64,000 nucleotides of DNA from Rhodocyclaceae bacterium UBA2271 (GTDB lineage: Bacteria > Pseudomonadota > Gammaproteobacteria > Burkholderiales > Rhodocyclaceae). The notes under the pieces are model-generated. The model did not search any database. It saw only the letters and a list, made by a program, of their open reading frames with translations, and had not been told where the DNA came from. Below are positions 40,641 through 53,134 of the stretch, piece by piece (positions within the stretch are counted from its first letter, which is position 1; each line of letters begins with the position of its first letter). The stretch lies in assembly GCA_002347405.1 (NCBI GenBank), contig DDXB01000047.1, positions 26,690-90,689 on the forward strand, in the 5' to 3' direction. The position numbers and the translations under genes are program-made.

Positions 40641-41512
40641 AGCGTGTAACCAAAGCCGTCTTTCCTGTCGCGGGCATGGGCACGCGCTTCCTGCCGGCGA
40701 CCAAGGCCAGTCCCAAGGAGATGCTGCCCATCGTCGACAAGCCACTGATCCAGTATGCGGTGGAAGAGGCGGTGGCAGCGGGCATCACCGACATGATCTT
40801 CGTCACCGGCCGTTCCAAGCGTGCCATCGAGGATCACTTTGACAAGGCTTACGAACTGGAAAGTGAACTGGAGCGTCGTGGCAAGCTGGAGTTGCTCGAG
40901 TTTGTTCAGAACCTGTTGCCAAAGAATATCAACTGCATCTACATGCGCCAGGCTGAGGCCTTGGGTCTGGGGCATGCCGTACTGTGCGCCCAGCCGGTCG
41001 TCGGCGACGAGCCATTTGCCGTACTGCTGGCCGATGACCTGTTGAATGGTGACACGCCGGTCATGAAGCAGATGGTGGACACCTATGACTACTATCGGTG
41101 CTCTGTGCTGGGCACACAGGAAATCCCCCGCGCTGATACCGCAAGCTACGGCATCGTCGATGCACGGCCACTCGCCGAACGTGTCGAACGGATCAATGCC
41201 ATTGTCGAGAAACCTCACCCCGATGTGGCCCCATCGACTCTCGCCGTGGTCGGCCGTTATGTACTGACGTCGCGCATCTTTCATCATCTTGAAAACGTGC
41301 GCGCTGGGGCCGGTGGTGAAATTCAATTGACTGATGCCATCTCGTCACTGCTCTCGGAACAGCAGGTGCTGGCCTATCGTTATGAGGGAACGCGTTTTGA
41401 CTGCGGTTCCAAGCTGGGCTACTTGCAGGCCACAGTTGAATATGCGCTGCGTCACCCCGAGGTTGGGGTGGAGTTCGCCACCTATTTGCGTTCCATGGTC
41501 AAGTTGTCGTGA
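40637..41512 (+). CDS. galU: UTP--glucose-1-phosphate uridylyltransferase
   Basis: 291 aa with the motif [34 protein letters not shown]. Confidence 0.9.
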
Positions 41513-41531
41513 CCATTGGCTGGAATAAAAC

Positions 41532-42371
41532 ATGAAACCCATGAACGTCGATCTGCATTGCCATTCCAACGTATCCGACGGACTGCTGTCGCCCGCGGCG
41601 GTGGTCGAACGGGCCAAGGCGAACGGCGTCGATTTGCTGGCGCTGACTGACCATGACGAAATCGGTGGTCTGGACGAGGCGCGGCAAAGCGCCACAGCGC
41701 TTGGTTTGCGGTTTGTCACCGGCACGGAAATTTCCGTGTCCTGGGGCGATGACCAGACCGTGCATATTGTTGGCCTCAATTTTGATGATCGCCACCCCGA
41801 ACTGATCGCCGGCCTGGCCCGGGTGCGCAGCGGACGTGATGCAAGAGCCGAGCTGATGGCGGCGGAACTGGCAAAGGTGGGAATCGACGATGCCTATGCC
41901 GGAGCGCTCAAGTATGTCGGCAACCCGGCGCTGATTTCGCGTTCCCATTTCGCCCGTTACATCGTGGAACGTGGCTTTGCGCGCGACATCAAAACCGTAT
42001 TCGAGCACTGGCTGGCGAAGGGCAAGCCCGGCTACGTCAGCCATTCATGGGCAGAGCTATCCGATGCGCTGGACTGGATCAGGATGGCCGGCGGGGTGTC
42101 GGTGATTGCCCATCCGGCGCGTTACCGCTTGACCCCGGCCGAACGGCGTGAACTTTTTGAGGCTTTCAAGGAACTGGGCGGACAGGGAATCGAGGTGATT
42201 TCCGGATCACATAACGAGGCCGAGGTGCGCGAATTCGCCGGCATCGCCCGCGAGTTCGGCTTTCTTGCCTCGCGCGCCTCGGATTTTCACGGACCAGGGG
42301 AAAGCTATACCGACCTCGGCCGCATGGTGCAACTGCCACCCGACCTGACGCCGGTTTGGGAAGCCTGGTGA
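41532..42371 (+). CDS. trpH: PHP-domain phosphoesterase (TrpH/YciV, 3',5'-nucleoside bisphosphate phosphatase family)
   Basis: 279 aa with DLHCHSNVSDG and LTDHD PHP motifs. It is followed by a yciO-like gene, as in E. coli. Confidence 0.8.
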   Translation: MKPMNVDLHCHSNVSDGLLSPAAVVERAKANGVDLLALTDHDEIGGLDEARQSATALGLRFVTGTEISVSWGDDQTVHIVGLNFDDRHPELIAGLARVRSGRDARAELMAAELAKVGIDDAYAGALKYVGNPALISRSHFARYIVERGFARDIKTVFEHWLAKGKPGYVSHSWAELSDALDWIRMAGGVSVIAHPARYRLTPAERRELFEAFKELGGQGIEVISGSHNEAEVREFAGIAREFGFLASRASDFHGPGESYTDLGRMVQLPPDLTPVWEAW

Positions 42372-43006
42372 TGAATACGGAATTGCTGCAAATCCACCCG
42401 AAAAATCCGCAGCCGCGCTTGATCGCCCAGGCGGCGGAAATCATGCGCAAGGGCGGGTTGGCGGCATTCCCGACCGACTCGGCCTATGCCTTGGGCGGGC
42501 ATATCGGCGATGCCGCCCTGCTGGAACGCATCCGCCGCATCCGCGCCGTTGATGAGCGCCACCATTTCACGCTGATGTGCCGCGACCTGTCGGAGATTGC
42601 GACCTATGCGCGGGTGGACAACGTGCAATACCGCATGCTCAAGGCGGCCACGCCGGGCAGTTACACCTTCATTCTCGAAGGCACCAAGGAGTTGCCGCGC
42701 CGCGTGTTGCATCCCAAGCGCAAGACTATCGGCCTGCGCGTTCCGGATCATCCGGTGGTGCTGGCGCTGCTGGCCGAACTCAACGAACCGATCCTGAGTT
42801 CGACGCTGATCCTGCCCGAAGATAGCGAGCCCTTGTGCGATGCCGGGGAGATTCGTGAGCGACTCGACAAGCTGATCGACGTGGTGATTGATGCCGGCCC
42901 CTGCGGCAGGGGCATGACTACCGTGATCAACCTGGTCGGCGGGGTTCCCGAACTGATCAGGGCGGGTTGCGGGCCACTCAAGCCTTTCGGGCTGGCAGTC
43001 GAATAA
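42371..43006 (+). CDS. yciO: YrdC/YciO/Sua5-family protein (threonylcarbamoyl-AMP synthase-like)
   Basis: It has PTDSAYALG, the YrdC fold pattern, and synteny with trpH. The ATG at 42371 overlaps the trpH stop. Confidence 0.75.
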   Translation: MNTELLQIHPKNPQPRLIAQAAEIMRKGGLAAFPTDSAYALGGHIGDAALLERIRRIRAVDERHHFTLMCRDLSEIATYARVDNVQYRMLKAATPGSYTFILEGTKELPRRVLHPKRKTIGLRVPDHPVVLALLAELNEPILSSTLILPEDSEPLCDAGEIRERLDKLIDVVIDAGPCGRGMTTVINLVGGVPELIRAGCGPLKPFGLAVE

Positions 43007-43107
43007 TGGCCCCCCACGCTTGCAACATCGGCTCGCTGCCCCCCATGAAATCACCCGAAGCGGTGACGGGGGGGCGGCGCCTCTCTTGGGGCGGCCCGGC
43101 GAGAGGC
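43007..43107 (-). repeat. family-B multi-hairpin element (intergenic copy, right after the yciO stop codon)
   Basis: TGGCCCCCC abuts TAA. A CCCCCC...GGGGGGG hairpin is followed by the stem GCCTCTC/GAGAGGC (43079-43107) around the loop TTGGGGCGGCCCGGC. Confidence 0.8.
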
Positions 43108-43122
43108 TAAAATCCAGGTCTT

Positions 43123-43770
43123 ATGGAAAACATTATCCAGACGCTGGCGATTTACGCCCTGCCGGTGATCTTCGCCATCACCCTGCACGAGGCCGCGCAC
43201 GGCTACGCGGCGCGGCACTTTGGCGACCCGACCGCGTGGCAGATGGGGCGCATCACGCTCAATCCGATCAAGCATGTCGACATGGTGGGTACCTTGCTGG
43301 TGCCGGCCCTGATCCTGTTTTTCAGCAAGGGTGCGTTCCTGTTCGGCTGGGCCAAGCCGGTGCCGGTCAATTTTGGCCAACTCCGCAGACCCAAGCAGGA
43401 CATGTTCTGGGTCGCCGCCGCCGGGCCGGGGGCGAACCTTTTCATGGCTTTGATGTGGGCTGCGCTGTTGAAACTGGCGGTGGTGATGCCGGATAATGCG
43501 TATAGTCTGCCGCTGGCGGAAATGGCGCGCGCCGGCATCAATATCAATGGGATATTGATGCTGCTGAACCTGCTGCCGCTCCCGCCGCTCGATGGCGGGC
43601 GGATTGCCGTGAGCCTGCTGCCACCTGCGCTCGCCTGGCGGTTTGCGCAGCTGGAGCGCTATGGCTTTCCTATTCTGCTCGCCCTCCTGTTTCTGGGGGT
43701 GCTCGAAACTATCCTGACACCGCTGCTGCGGGTCTATTTCTCTCTCATTAAAGGTCTGTTTTTCCTCTGA
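43123..43770 (+). CDS. site-2 protease family (M50) membrane metalloprotease
   Basis: 215 aa, polytopic, with the HExxH motif (LHEAAHGY) and a LLNLLPLPPLDGG motif. Confidence 0.8.
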   Translation: MENIIQTLAIYALPVIFAITLHEAAHGYAARHFGDPTAWQMGRITLNPIKHVDMVGTLLVPALILFFSKGAFLFGWAKPVPVNFGQLRRPKQDMFWVAAAGPGANLFMALMWAALLKLAVVMPDNAYSLPLAEMARAGININGILMLLNLLPLPPLDGGRIAVSLLPPALAWRFAQLERYGFPILLALLFLGVLETILTPLLRVYFSLIKGLFFL

Positions 43771-43772
43771 TT

Positions 43773-44975
43773 ATGTTCGCCGAAAAGGTTCTCTCCGGCA
43801 TGCGTCCCACCGGGCGTCTGCATCTGGGCCACTACCACGGGGTACTGGCAAACTGGGTGAAGTTGCAGCATGAATACCCTTGCCTGTTTTTCGTCGCCGA
43901 CTGGCACGCGCTGACGACGGCCTATGACGAGCCGGGCACCATTACCCAGAATACCTGGGACATGGTGGTTGACTGGCTCGCCGCCGGTGTCGATCCCTCC
44001 CAGGCCACCATCTTCATCCAGTCGCGGGTGCCGGAGCATGCGGAATTGCATCTGCTGCTGTCGATGATGACGCCGCTGGGCTGGCTGGAGCGCGTGCCAA
44101 CCTATAAGGACCAGCAGGAAAAACTCAGTCACAAGGACCTGACGACCTATGGTTTCCTTGGCTATCCGCTCCTGCAGGCGGCCGACATCCTCATCTACCG
44201 TGCCGACAAGGTGCCGGTGGGTGATGATCAGGTACCGCATATCGAATTTACCCGCGAGATCGCGCGCCGCTTCAATCATCTCTACGGGCGCGAAGCGGGC
44301 TTCGAAGAGAAGGCGATCGAGGCGGTAAAAAAACTCGGCAGCAAACGCGCAAAACTCTACAAGGAATTGCGCACGCGCTATCAGGAGAAGGGCGAGGAGG
44401 CCGCGCTTGAACAGGCGCATGCCGTGCTTGACGAGGCGCAAAGCCTGTCCTACGGTGACCGTGAGCGGCTGTTCGGCTATCTCGAAGGGGGTGGCAAGAT
44501 GATTCTTGCCGAGCCGGATGCATTGCTGACCCATGCTTCGCGCATGCCCGGACTGGACGGCCAGAAAATGTCGAAGTCCTACGGCAACACCATTGCCCTG
44601 CGCGAAGATGCGGCGTCGATCAGCAAGAAGATCCGCACCATGCAGACCGACCCGCAACGGGTACGGCGCACCGATGCCGGCGATCCCGACAAGTGCCCGG
44701 TCTGGCAGTTTCACCAGATCTATTCGAATGACGAGGTCAAGGATTGGGTGCAACAGGGCTGCCGTTCGGCCGGCATTGGCTGCATCGAATGCAAACAGCC
44801 GGTCATTGAAGGAATCCTGAAAGAACAGGAGCCGATGCGTGAGCGCGCGCGCCTGTACGAAGACGATCCGCAACTGGTCAAGAACATCATTGCCGATGGC
44901 TGCGAGAAAGCCAGACGGCTGGCGCAGGAAACCATGCGCGAGGTGCGCGAGGCCATCGGACTCGACTATTCGTGA
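43773..44975 (+). CDS. trpS: tryptophan--tRNA ligase (long, ~400-aa form)
   Basis: It has a HIGH-type motif (GRLHLGHYHG), KMSKS (GQKMSKSYGN) and an internal insertion typical of the long proteobacterial form. Confidence 0.9.
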   Translation: MFAEKVLSGMRPTGRLHLGHYHGVLANWVKLQHEYPCLFFVADWHALTTAYDEPGTITQNTWDMVVDWLAAGVDPSQATIFIQSRVPEHAELHLLLSMMTPLGWLERVPTYKDQQEKLSHKDLTTYGFLGYPLLQAADILIYRADKVPVGDDQVPHIEFTREIARRFNHLYGREAGFEEKAIEAVKKLGSKRAKLYKELRTRYQEKGEEAALEQAHAVLDEAQSLSYGDRERLFGYLEGGGKMILAEPDALLTHASRMPGLDGQKMSKSYGNTIALREDAASISKKIRTMQTDPQRVRRTDAGDPDKCPVWQFHQIYSNDEVKDWVQQGCRSAGIGCIECKQPVIEGILKEQEPMRERARLYEDDPQLVKNIIADGCEKARRLAQETMREVREAIGLDYS

Positions 44976-45457
44976 AACAAATCACCGCAACCGACCCCGG
45001 CGCCGACGAAGCGGAACTGCTCGCCATCATCCGCGAGAGCTTTTTCGAGCGCATGCCGTTCAACCGGATTCTCGGCATCGAGTTGTTGTCGCTGCATCAT
45101 GACCAACCGGAATTGCGCTTCGACATGCGGCCGGAACTGGTCGGCAACTACATCCGCAATATCCTGCATGGCGGCGTGATCTCATCGGTGCTCGATGTCA
45201 CCGGTGGCCTGGTGGCCTTCCTCGGCGTGCAGCAAAAGCTGAAGGGCAAACCGGTGGCCGAGGTGATGGAGCGCTTTTCCCGCATCGGTACCATCGACCT
45301 GCGCATTGACTATCTGCGCCCGGGAGCGGGGGAGTGGTTTCTGGCGCGCGGTTTCCCGCTGCGCACCGGCAACAAGGTTGCCGTGACGCGCATGGAGCTT
45401 TTCAATGACCAGCACGCCCTGATCGCGGTCGGTACCGCGGCATACACGGTGTCATGA
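44972..45457 (+). CDS. hotdog-fold thioesterase (PaaI/YigI-like)
   Basis: 161 aa with a NILHGGVISSVLD motif typical of PaaI-type thioesterases. Confidence 0.65.
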   Translation: MKQITATDPGADEAELLAIIRESFFERMPFNRILGIELLSLHHDQPELRFDMRPELVGNYIRNILHGGVISSVLDVTGGLVAFLGVQQKLKGKPVAEVMERFSRIGTIDLRIDYLRPGAGEWFLARGFPLRTGNKVAVTRMELFNDQHALIAVGTAAYTVS

Positions 45458-46326
45458 TGTTGCCAGAGGCCCGCGAACAATTAGTCGGCGCTGGTGAGAC
45501 GGCGCAACTGGGCCACGTTGACCTGGAGGCCGCGCATGTGCCGAAGCTCTACGGTGAACCGATGCCGGAGATGCCGCGCGACCTCTACATTCCGCCCGAT
45601 GCGCTGGAAATCATTCTCGACGCCTTCGAGGGTCCGCTCGATCTGCTGCTGTATCTGATCCGCAAGGCCAACCTGAGCATCCTCGATATTCCGATGGCGC
45701 CGTTGACCGCGCAATATCTCGTATATGTCGAGGCGATGCGGCGCACCAACCTCGAACTGGCTGCCGACTACCTGCTGATGGCAGCGATGCTGATCGAAAT
45801 CAAATCGCGCATGCTGTTGCCGCGCCCACCGCGGACCGATGGCGGCGAGCCGGAAGATCCGCGTGCCGAACTGGTGCGCCGCCTGATGGAATACGAGCGT
45901 ATCAAGCAGGCAGCCGCCAAGCTCGACGCGCTGCCGCAGGTACATCGCGACTATGAGTGGGCATCGGTGTGGATCGCCGAGAAGGTTGCCGCGCGGGCGC
46001 CGGAAGTGAGCGTGCATGATTTGCAGGTGGTCTGGCTGGCACTGATGCGCCAGGCCAAGATGCACCAGCATCACCGCATTCAGCGCGAGGAACTTTCGGT
46101 ACGCGAACACATGGGACTGATCCTGCGCCGCCTGCAGGGCCGCAACTACGTGGTCTTCGACGACCTGTTTGAAGCAGGCGGCGAGCACAGCACGCTGTCC
46201 AGCCTGGTGGTGAGCTTCCTGGCCATCCTCGAATTGTCGCGCGAGCGCCTCGTCGAACTGACCCAGAGCGAGGCACTGGCGCCCATCTATGTAAAATTGA
46301 GCGATGCTGCAACTCTACAAACCTGA
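45454..46326 (+). CDS. scpA: segregation and condensation protein A
   Basis: It has [14 protein letters not shown] and the ScpA kleisin pattern, and is followed by scpB. The N-terminal 20 codons include a diverged family-A unit, so the start is uncertain. Confidence 0.8.
   Translation: MMLPEAREQLVGAGETAQLGHVDLEAAHVPKLYGEPMPEMPRDLYIPPDALEIILDAFEGPLDLLLYLIRKANLSILDIPMAPLTAQYLVYVEAMRRTNLELAADYLLMAAMLIEIKSRMLLPRPPRTDGGEPEDPRAELVRRLMEYERIKQAAAKLDALPQVHRDYEWASVWIAEKVAARAPEVSVHDLQVVWLALMRQAKMHQHHRIQREELSVREHMGLILRRLQGRNYVVFDDLFEAGGEHSTLSSLVVSFLAILELSRERLVELTQSEALAPIYVKLSDAATLQT
45481..45504 (+). repeat. family-A 24-nt unit (4 mismatches) at the scpA 5' end
   Basis: TTAGTCGGCGCTGGTGAGACGGCG is translated LVGAGETA if the ATG at 45454 is used. 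Confidence 0.65.
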
Positions 46327-46987
46327 AGACTTCAAGCGCGTCCTTGAAACGGCGCTGCTGGCGGCGGTCGAGCCGCTATCGCTGGCCGAACTGAAGAAAC
46401 TGTTCGACGAGCCCTTCGACGACGATACCTGGCGCACCCTGCTGGACGACTTGCGCCGCGACTGGGCGGACCGTGGCGTGGAGTTGGTGCAACTCGCGTC
46501 GGGTTGGCGTTTCCAGACGCGCCCGGAGTATCAGGGCTTTCTCGACCGGCTGAAGAACGAAAGGCCGCAGAAGTATTCCCGGGCCGTCATGGAGACGCTG
46601 GCGATCATTGCCTATCGTCAGCCGGTCACGCGCGGGGACATCGAGGATATTCGTGGCGTTGCGGTATCGCCCAACATAATCAGGACGCTGGAAGGCCGCG
46701 GTTGGGTGGATACTGTCGGCCACCGCGATACACCCGGCCGACCGGCGTTGTATGCCACAACCAGAAAGTTTCTTGATGACTTGAGTCTGCGCAGCCTGTC
46801 CGAATTGCCGCCGCTGGCCGAGATTGAACGGATGATCGATGCCCAACCCCCCGAAGACCCCACCACGCCAGAAAACCCGCTCCCCGCAAGCACCACGCAG
46901 TCCGGTGGGCAGCCGACCGTCGAAGTCAGCGACAGCGAAAACAACTCCGCGCAAAGCGACGCCTTTTCGGGCGCCAACCCGAACTGA
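46304..46987 (+). CDS. scpB: segregation and condensation protein B
   Basis: It has [34 protein letters not shown] winged-helix motifs and an acidic low-complexity tail. Confidence 0.85.
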   Translation: MLQLYKPEDFKRVLETALLAAVEPLSLAELKKLFDEPFDDDTWRTLLDDLRRDWADRGVELVQLASGWRFQTRPEYQGFLDRLKNERPQKYSRAVMETLAIIAYRQPVTRGDIEDIRGVAVSPNIIRTLEGRGWVDTVGHRDTPGRPALYATTRKFLDDLSLRSLSELPPLAEIERMIDAQPPEDPTTPENPLPASTTQSGGQPTVEVSDSENNSAQSDAFSGANPN

Positions 46988-47774
46988 CAAGCCGGCGCGG
47001 CCGGCGCAAACCGCGTCGGAACAGTCGACCGTCAAGCTGCAAAAAGCACTCGCCGATGCCGGCCTGGGTTCGCGCCGCGAGATCGAGGAATGGATTGCCG
47101 CCGGACGCATCGCTGTCAATGGCGAGCCGGCGCATTTGGGGCAGCGCATCTGTGCTACCGACAAGGTCAAGGTCGGTGGGCGTCTCGTCAATTTGCACTT
47201 TGCCGCGCGCACACCGCGCGTGCTGGTTTATCACAAGCCAGAAGGCGAGATCGTCTCGCGCGACGACCCACAGGGCCGGCCGAGTGTATTCAATGCCCTG
47301 CCGCGCTTGCGCGGCGGACGCTGGGTCGCCATCGGGCGGCTTGATTTCAATTCCTGCGGCCTGTTGCTGTTCACCACCGATGGCGCGCTGGCCAACCGCC
47401 TGATGCACCCGCGCTATGGCATCGACCGGGAATACGCAGTGCGGGTGCTGGGCGAAGTGAATGAGGCAGCCTTGAAGCAATTGACCGATGGCATTGAACT
47501 CGAAGACGGCATGGCCAAGTTCATCCGGCTCAGGCCGGCGGGTGGGGAGGGCGCCAACCACTGGTACAACGTGACCCTGGATGAAGGGCGCAATCGCGAG
47601 GTACGGCGCATGTTCGAGGCGGTCGGCGCCACCGTCAGCAGGCTGATGCGCGTGCGTTACGGGCCGATTGTCCTGCCGTCCAACCTGAAGCGGGGGCAAA
47701 GCCGCGAACTGACGGTCGACGAGGTACAGGCGCTGCTGAAAGTCCTCAAGGTTACCGAGGACAGCCGGGAATAG
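46839..47774 (+). CDS. rluB: 23S rRNA pseudouridine synthase RluB-like with basic N-terminal extension
   Basis: It has an S4 domain ([21 protein letters not shown]), the catalytic [17 protein letters not shown] and the scpB-rluB synteny. No in-frame start lies after the scpB stop, so the start is at 46839 (ATG) or 46905 (GTG) and overlaps scpB. Confidence 0.8.
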   Translation: MPNPPKTPPRQKTRSPQAPRSPVGSRPSKSATAKTTPRKATPFRAPTRTDKPARPAQTASEQSTVKLQKALADAGLGSRREIEEWIAAGRIAVNGEPAHLGQRICATDKVKVGGRLVNLHFAARTPRVLVYHKPEGEIVSRDDPQGRPSVFNALPRLRGGRWVAIGRLDFNSCGLLLFTTDGALANRLMHPRYGIDREYAVRVLGEVNEAALKQLTDGIELEDGMAKFIRLRPAGGEGANHWYNVTLDEGRNREVRRMFEAVGATVSRLMRVRYGPIVLPSNLKRGQSRELTVDEVQALLKVLKVTEDSRE

Positions 47775-47818
47775 GAATCCCGCCTTACCACCGGTCCCGC
47801 AAAGGGGATTCCCTTCGG

Positions 47819-47833
47819 TCACGCCGACTTTTG
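47819..47833 (-). repeat. family-A unit, truncated
   Basis: CACGCCGACTTTTGG matches the 3' part of the inverted unit plus the TTGG flank seen at 47932-47938. Confidence 0.5.
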
Positions 47834-47911
47834 GTTCAGGCCATGCTGTACCACCTAACCGGCTTGTTCCGGTTAGCCTCCACCGAATGCCGGTTTTACC
47901 CGTACCGGACT

Positions 47912-47935
47912 CGCCGTCCCGCCAGCGCCGACTTT
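47912..47935 (-). repeat. family-A 24-nt unit, exact
   Basis: It is the reverse complement of the consensus and lies in the rluB-rimP spacer. Confidence 0.95.
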
Positions 47936-47941
47936 TGGCCT

Positions 47942-47970
47942 TTACTTGGCGGTGCATGTGCTTGTATAAT
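47942..47970 (+). promoter_or_regulatory. sigma70-like promoter of the rimP-nusA-infB operon
   Basis: The match is TTACTT-N17-TATAAT. Confidence 0.45.
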
Positions 47971-48031
47971 CAGCCGCTTTCCAGCGCATGGCCAACTATA
48001 TTATTGGCAGCGTTTGGGGCAGGAATTGAAG

Positions 48032-48057
48032 AAATGGGCAGTTGCCCATTTTTTTTT
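48032..48057 (+). terminator. intrinsic terminator in the rimP-nusA leader (candidate attenuator)
   Basis: AAATGGGCA-GT-TGCCCATTT is followed by a T run (9 T in total). It lies ~60 nt downstream of the predicted -10 and 18 nt upstream of the rimP ATG. Confidence 0.6.
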
Positions 48058-48074
48058 GGGGCGGCGGGAAGTGT

Positions 48075-48575
48075 ATGGCAGATTTGGCAGGGTTGATCGA
48101 GCAGGCAGTTACAGGGCTAGGCTATGAACTCGTGGATTTCGAGACAAGTCCGCGGGCGCGCTTGTTGCGCGTGTTTATTGATCGCCCCGCTGTGCCTGGT
48201 GCGCCAGCTGGTGAGCAGACGGAAAAACCCGGTGGTGTGACAGTTGAAGACTGTTCTCTTGTCAGCCATCAGTTAACGCGCATGTTCCTGGTCGAGAATA
48301 TCGACTATGACCGCCTTGAGGTTTCCTCACCCGGACTGGATCGGCCGCTGAAAAAACCGGCCGATTTCGAGCGCTTCGTCGGACACGAATTGCAAATAAA
48401 ACTGCGTATCCCGGAGTCGCATGCCGGGGGGCAGGGGGCATCAGCCCCCCAGCGCAATTTTTCCGGCGTCATCCTCGGTTTGATTGAGGGTCGCCTGCGC
48501 CTCAAGACCGGCGAAGCCGAGCGCGAATTTGCGCTCGACAACATTGAAAAGGCACGGCTGGTACCTAAGTTTTAA
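48075..48575 (+). CDS. rimP: ribosome maturation factor RimP
   Basis: It opens MADLAGLIEQAVTGLGYELVDFE with the RLEVSSPGLDRPL motif and sits immediately upstream of nusA. The ATG at 48075 is preferred over the ORF-track start inside a terminator hairpin. Confidence 0.85.
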   Translation: MADLAGLIEQAVTGLGYELVDFETSPRARLLRVFIDRPAVPGAPAGEQTEKPGGVTVEDCSLVSHQLTRMFLVENIDYDRLEVSSPGLDRPLKKPADFERFVGHELQIKLRIPESHAGGQGASAPQRNFSGVILGLIEGRLRLKTGEAEREFALDNIEKARLVPKF

Positions 48576-48616
48576 CCAGGCTTTAACTGAATTCGGAATT
48601 TGAACGGGAGATTGAA

Positions 48617-50101
48617 ATGAGTCGTGAATTACTGATGCTGGTCGATGCTCTGGCGCGGGAAAAGAACGTCGACAAGGACATCGTCTTCGGTGCCCTTGAG
48701 CTTGCGCTCGCCTCGGCGACCAAGAAGCGCATCCACGACGAAGCTGATGTGCGCGTCGAGATTGACCGTGAAACGGGTGAATTTGAGGCCTTTCGCCGCT
48801 GGCTGGTGCTGGATGACGAGGAAGTGGAAATTCCCGCCCAGCAGATCGGCCTGATCGAAGCGCGCGAACAGGTTCCCGACGTGCAACTCGATGAGTTCAT
48901 CGAAGAGGCACTTGAGCCCATCGATTTCGGCCGCATTGGCGCCCAGACGGCGAAACAGGTCATTCTCCAGAAGATTCGCGACGCCGAGCGCGAACAGGTA
49001 TTGAATGACTTCTTGGCGCGCAAGGAGCATCTGGTGACCGGCACCATCAAGCGCATGGAGCGGGGCAATGCTATCGTTGAGGCGGGCCGGATCGAGGCGT
49101 TGCTGCCCCGCGATCAGATGATCCCGAAGGAAAACTTGCGGCCCGGTGATCGCGTGCGGGCCTGGTTGATGAAAATCGACCGTAGCGCGCGTGGTCCGCA
49201 ATTGATCCTGTCGCGCACCGCGCCACAGTTCATCATGAAATTGTTCGAACTCGAAGTGCCCGAGATCGAGGACGGCTTGCTGGAAATCAAAGCTGCCGCC
49301 CGCGACCCAGGGGTGCGGGCCAAGATTGGCGTCAAGTCAAACGATCCGCGCGTCGATCCGATCGGCACCTGCGTCGGTATGCGCGGCTCGCGGGTGACGG
49401 CGGTGACCAATGAGTTATCGGGCGAACGGGTCGATATCGTGCTGTGGTCTGCCGATCCGGCTCAGTTCGTAATCGGTGCACTGGCGCCAGCCGAAGTGAA
49501 TTCGATTGTTGTCGATGAAGAAAAACATAGCATGGACGTCGTGGTCGATGAAGCCAATCTCGCCATTGCCATCGGCCGCAGCGGGCAGAATGTGCGCCTC
49601 GCTTCTGAACTGACCGGCTGGACGATCAACCTGATGACGGTCGAGGAATCCCAGGAGAAACAGCAGAAGGAGACTTCGAGTACGCGCCAATTGTTCATGG
49701 ACAAGCTGGATGTGGATGAGGAAGTGGCTGACATTCTTGTTCAGGAAGGCTTTACGACCCTCGAGGAAGTGGCCTATGTGCCGTTGGCCGAAATGCTGGA
49801 AATCGAGGCTTTCGATGAGGCAACGGTGAATGAGTTGCGTGATCGCGCCCGCAACATCCTGCTGACGGAAGCCATCGTCAATGAAGAGGAACTGGAGAAG
49901 GTGGCGGACGACTTGCTCAACCTGGACGGCATGGATCGGCAACTAGCCGCCAAACTGGCCCAGCACGAGGTTTTCGACCGTGAAGGACTGGCCGACTTGG
50001 CCGTGGATGAGTTGATGGAAATGACGGATATCGATGACGAACGGGCCAAGGCTTTGATTACGGTCGCGCGCGCTCACTGGTTCGCCGATGAAAATCAGTA
50101 A
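48617..50101 (+). CDS. nusA: transcription termination/antitermination factor NusA
   Basis: 494 aa with an N-terminal domain, S1, two KH domains and C-terminal acidic repeats, in the rimP-nusA-infB order. Confidence 0.95.
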   Translation: MSRELLMLVDALAREKNVDKDIVFGALELALASATKKRIHDEADVRVEIDRETGEFEAFRRWLVLDDEEVEIPAQQIGLIEAREQVPDVQLDEFIEEALEPIDFGRIGAQTAKQVILQKIRDAEREQVLNDFLARKEHLVTGTIKRMERGNAIVEAGRIEALLPRDQMIPKENLRPGDRVRAWLMKIDRSARGPQLILSRTAPQFIMKLFELEVPEIEDGLLEIKAAARDPGVRAKIGVKSNDPRVDPIGTCVGMRGSRVTAVTNELSGERVDIVLWSADPAQFVIGALAPAEVNSIVVDEEKHSMDVVVDEANLAIAIGRSGQNVRLASELTGWTINLMTVEESQEKQQKETSSTRQLFMDKLDVDEEVADILVQEGFTTLEEVAYVPLAEMLEIEAFDEATVNELRDRARNILLTEAIVNEEELEKVADDLLNLDGMDRQLAAKLAQHEVFDREGLADLAVDELMEMTDIDDERAKALITVARAHWFADENQ

Positions 50102-50110
50102 GGAGGCGAT

Positions 50111-52720
<2,610 letters not shown>

Positions 52721-52729
52721 TAATCGGCG

Positions 52730-53134
52730 ATGGTGACACGGCAAGCCCACGGGCACGGATTTTCGCGCAGCGACCGCGTAGCCGAGCAGATCCGCCGCGA
52801 TCTGACGGAGTTGCTGCGGCAGGTGAAAGATCCACGGGTGGCGGATGTGCTGCCGCTGCTCACCATCACCGATGTCGAGGTAACTTCCGATTACACCCAT
52901 GCCAAAGTTTTCTACACTTCTCTGGCGGGAGCAGAGCGTGCCAAGGATATCGCCAAGGGCCTGGGACACGCTGCCATCTTTTTGCGGCGTGAACTCGGTC
53001 GGCGTCTGCGCATTCACCACATCCCCGAGTTGCACTTCACTTACGATGCCTCCGTTGAACGCGGTAGCCGTTTGTCACGCCTGATCGACGAGACTGTGGC
53101 GGCTGACGTAGCCAACGACAATCAGGAGCAATGA
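52730..53134 (+). CDS. rbfA: ribosome-binding factor A
   Basis: 134 aa with SRSDRVAEQIRRDLTELL, a KH-like fold pattern and the operon position. Confidence 0.9.
   Translation: MVTRQAHGHGFSRSDRVAEQIRRDLTELLRQVKDPRVADVLPLLTITDVEVTSDYTHAKVFYTSLAGAERAKDIAKGLGHAAIFLRRELGRRLRIHHIPELHFTYDASVERGSRLSRLIDETVAADVANDNQEQ

Noticed and set aside
47775-48031. A search for a tRNA (metY-like) or other RNA gene in the 300-bp spacer upstream of rimP.
   Set aside because: I saw no cloverleaf and no T-arm (GTTCRANYC) or anticodon-arm pattern. The spacer is accounted for by a hairpin (GGAATCCC...GGGGATTCC), family-A copies and a promoter/terminator leader.
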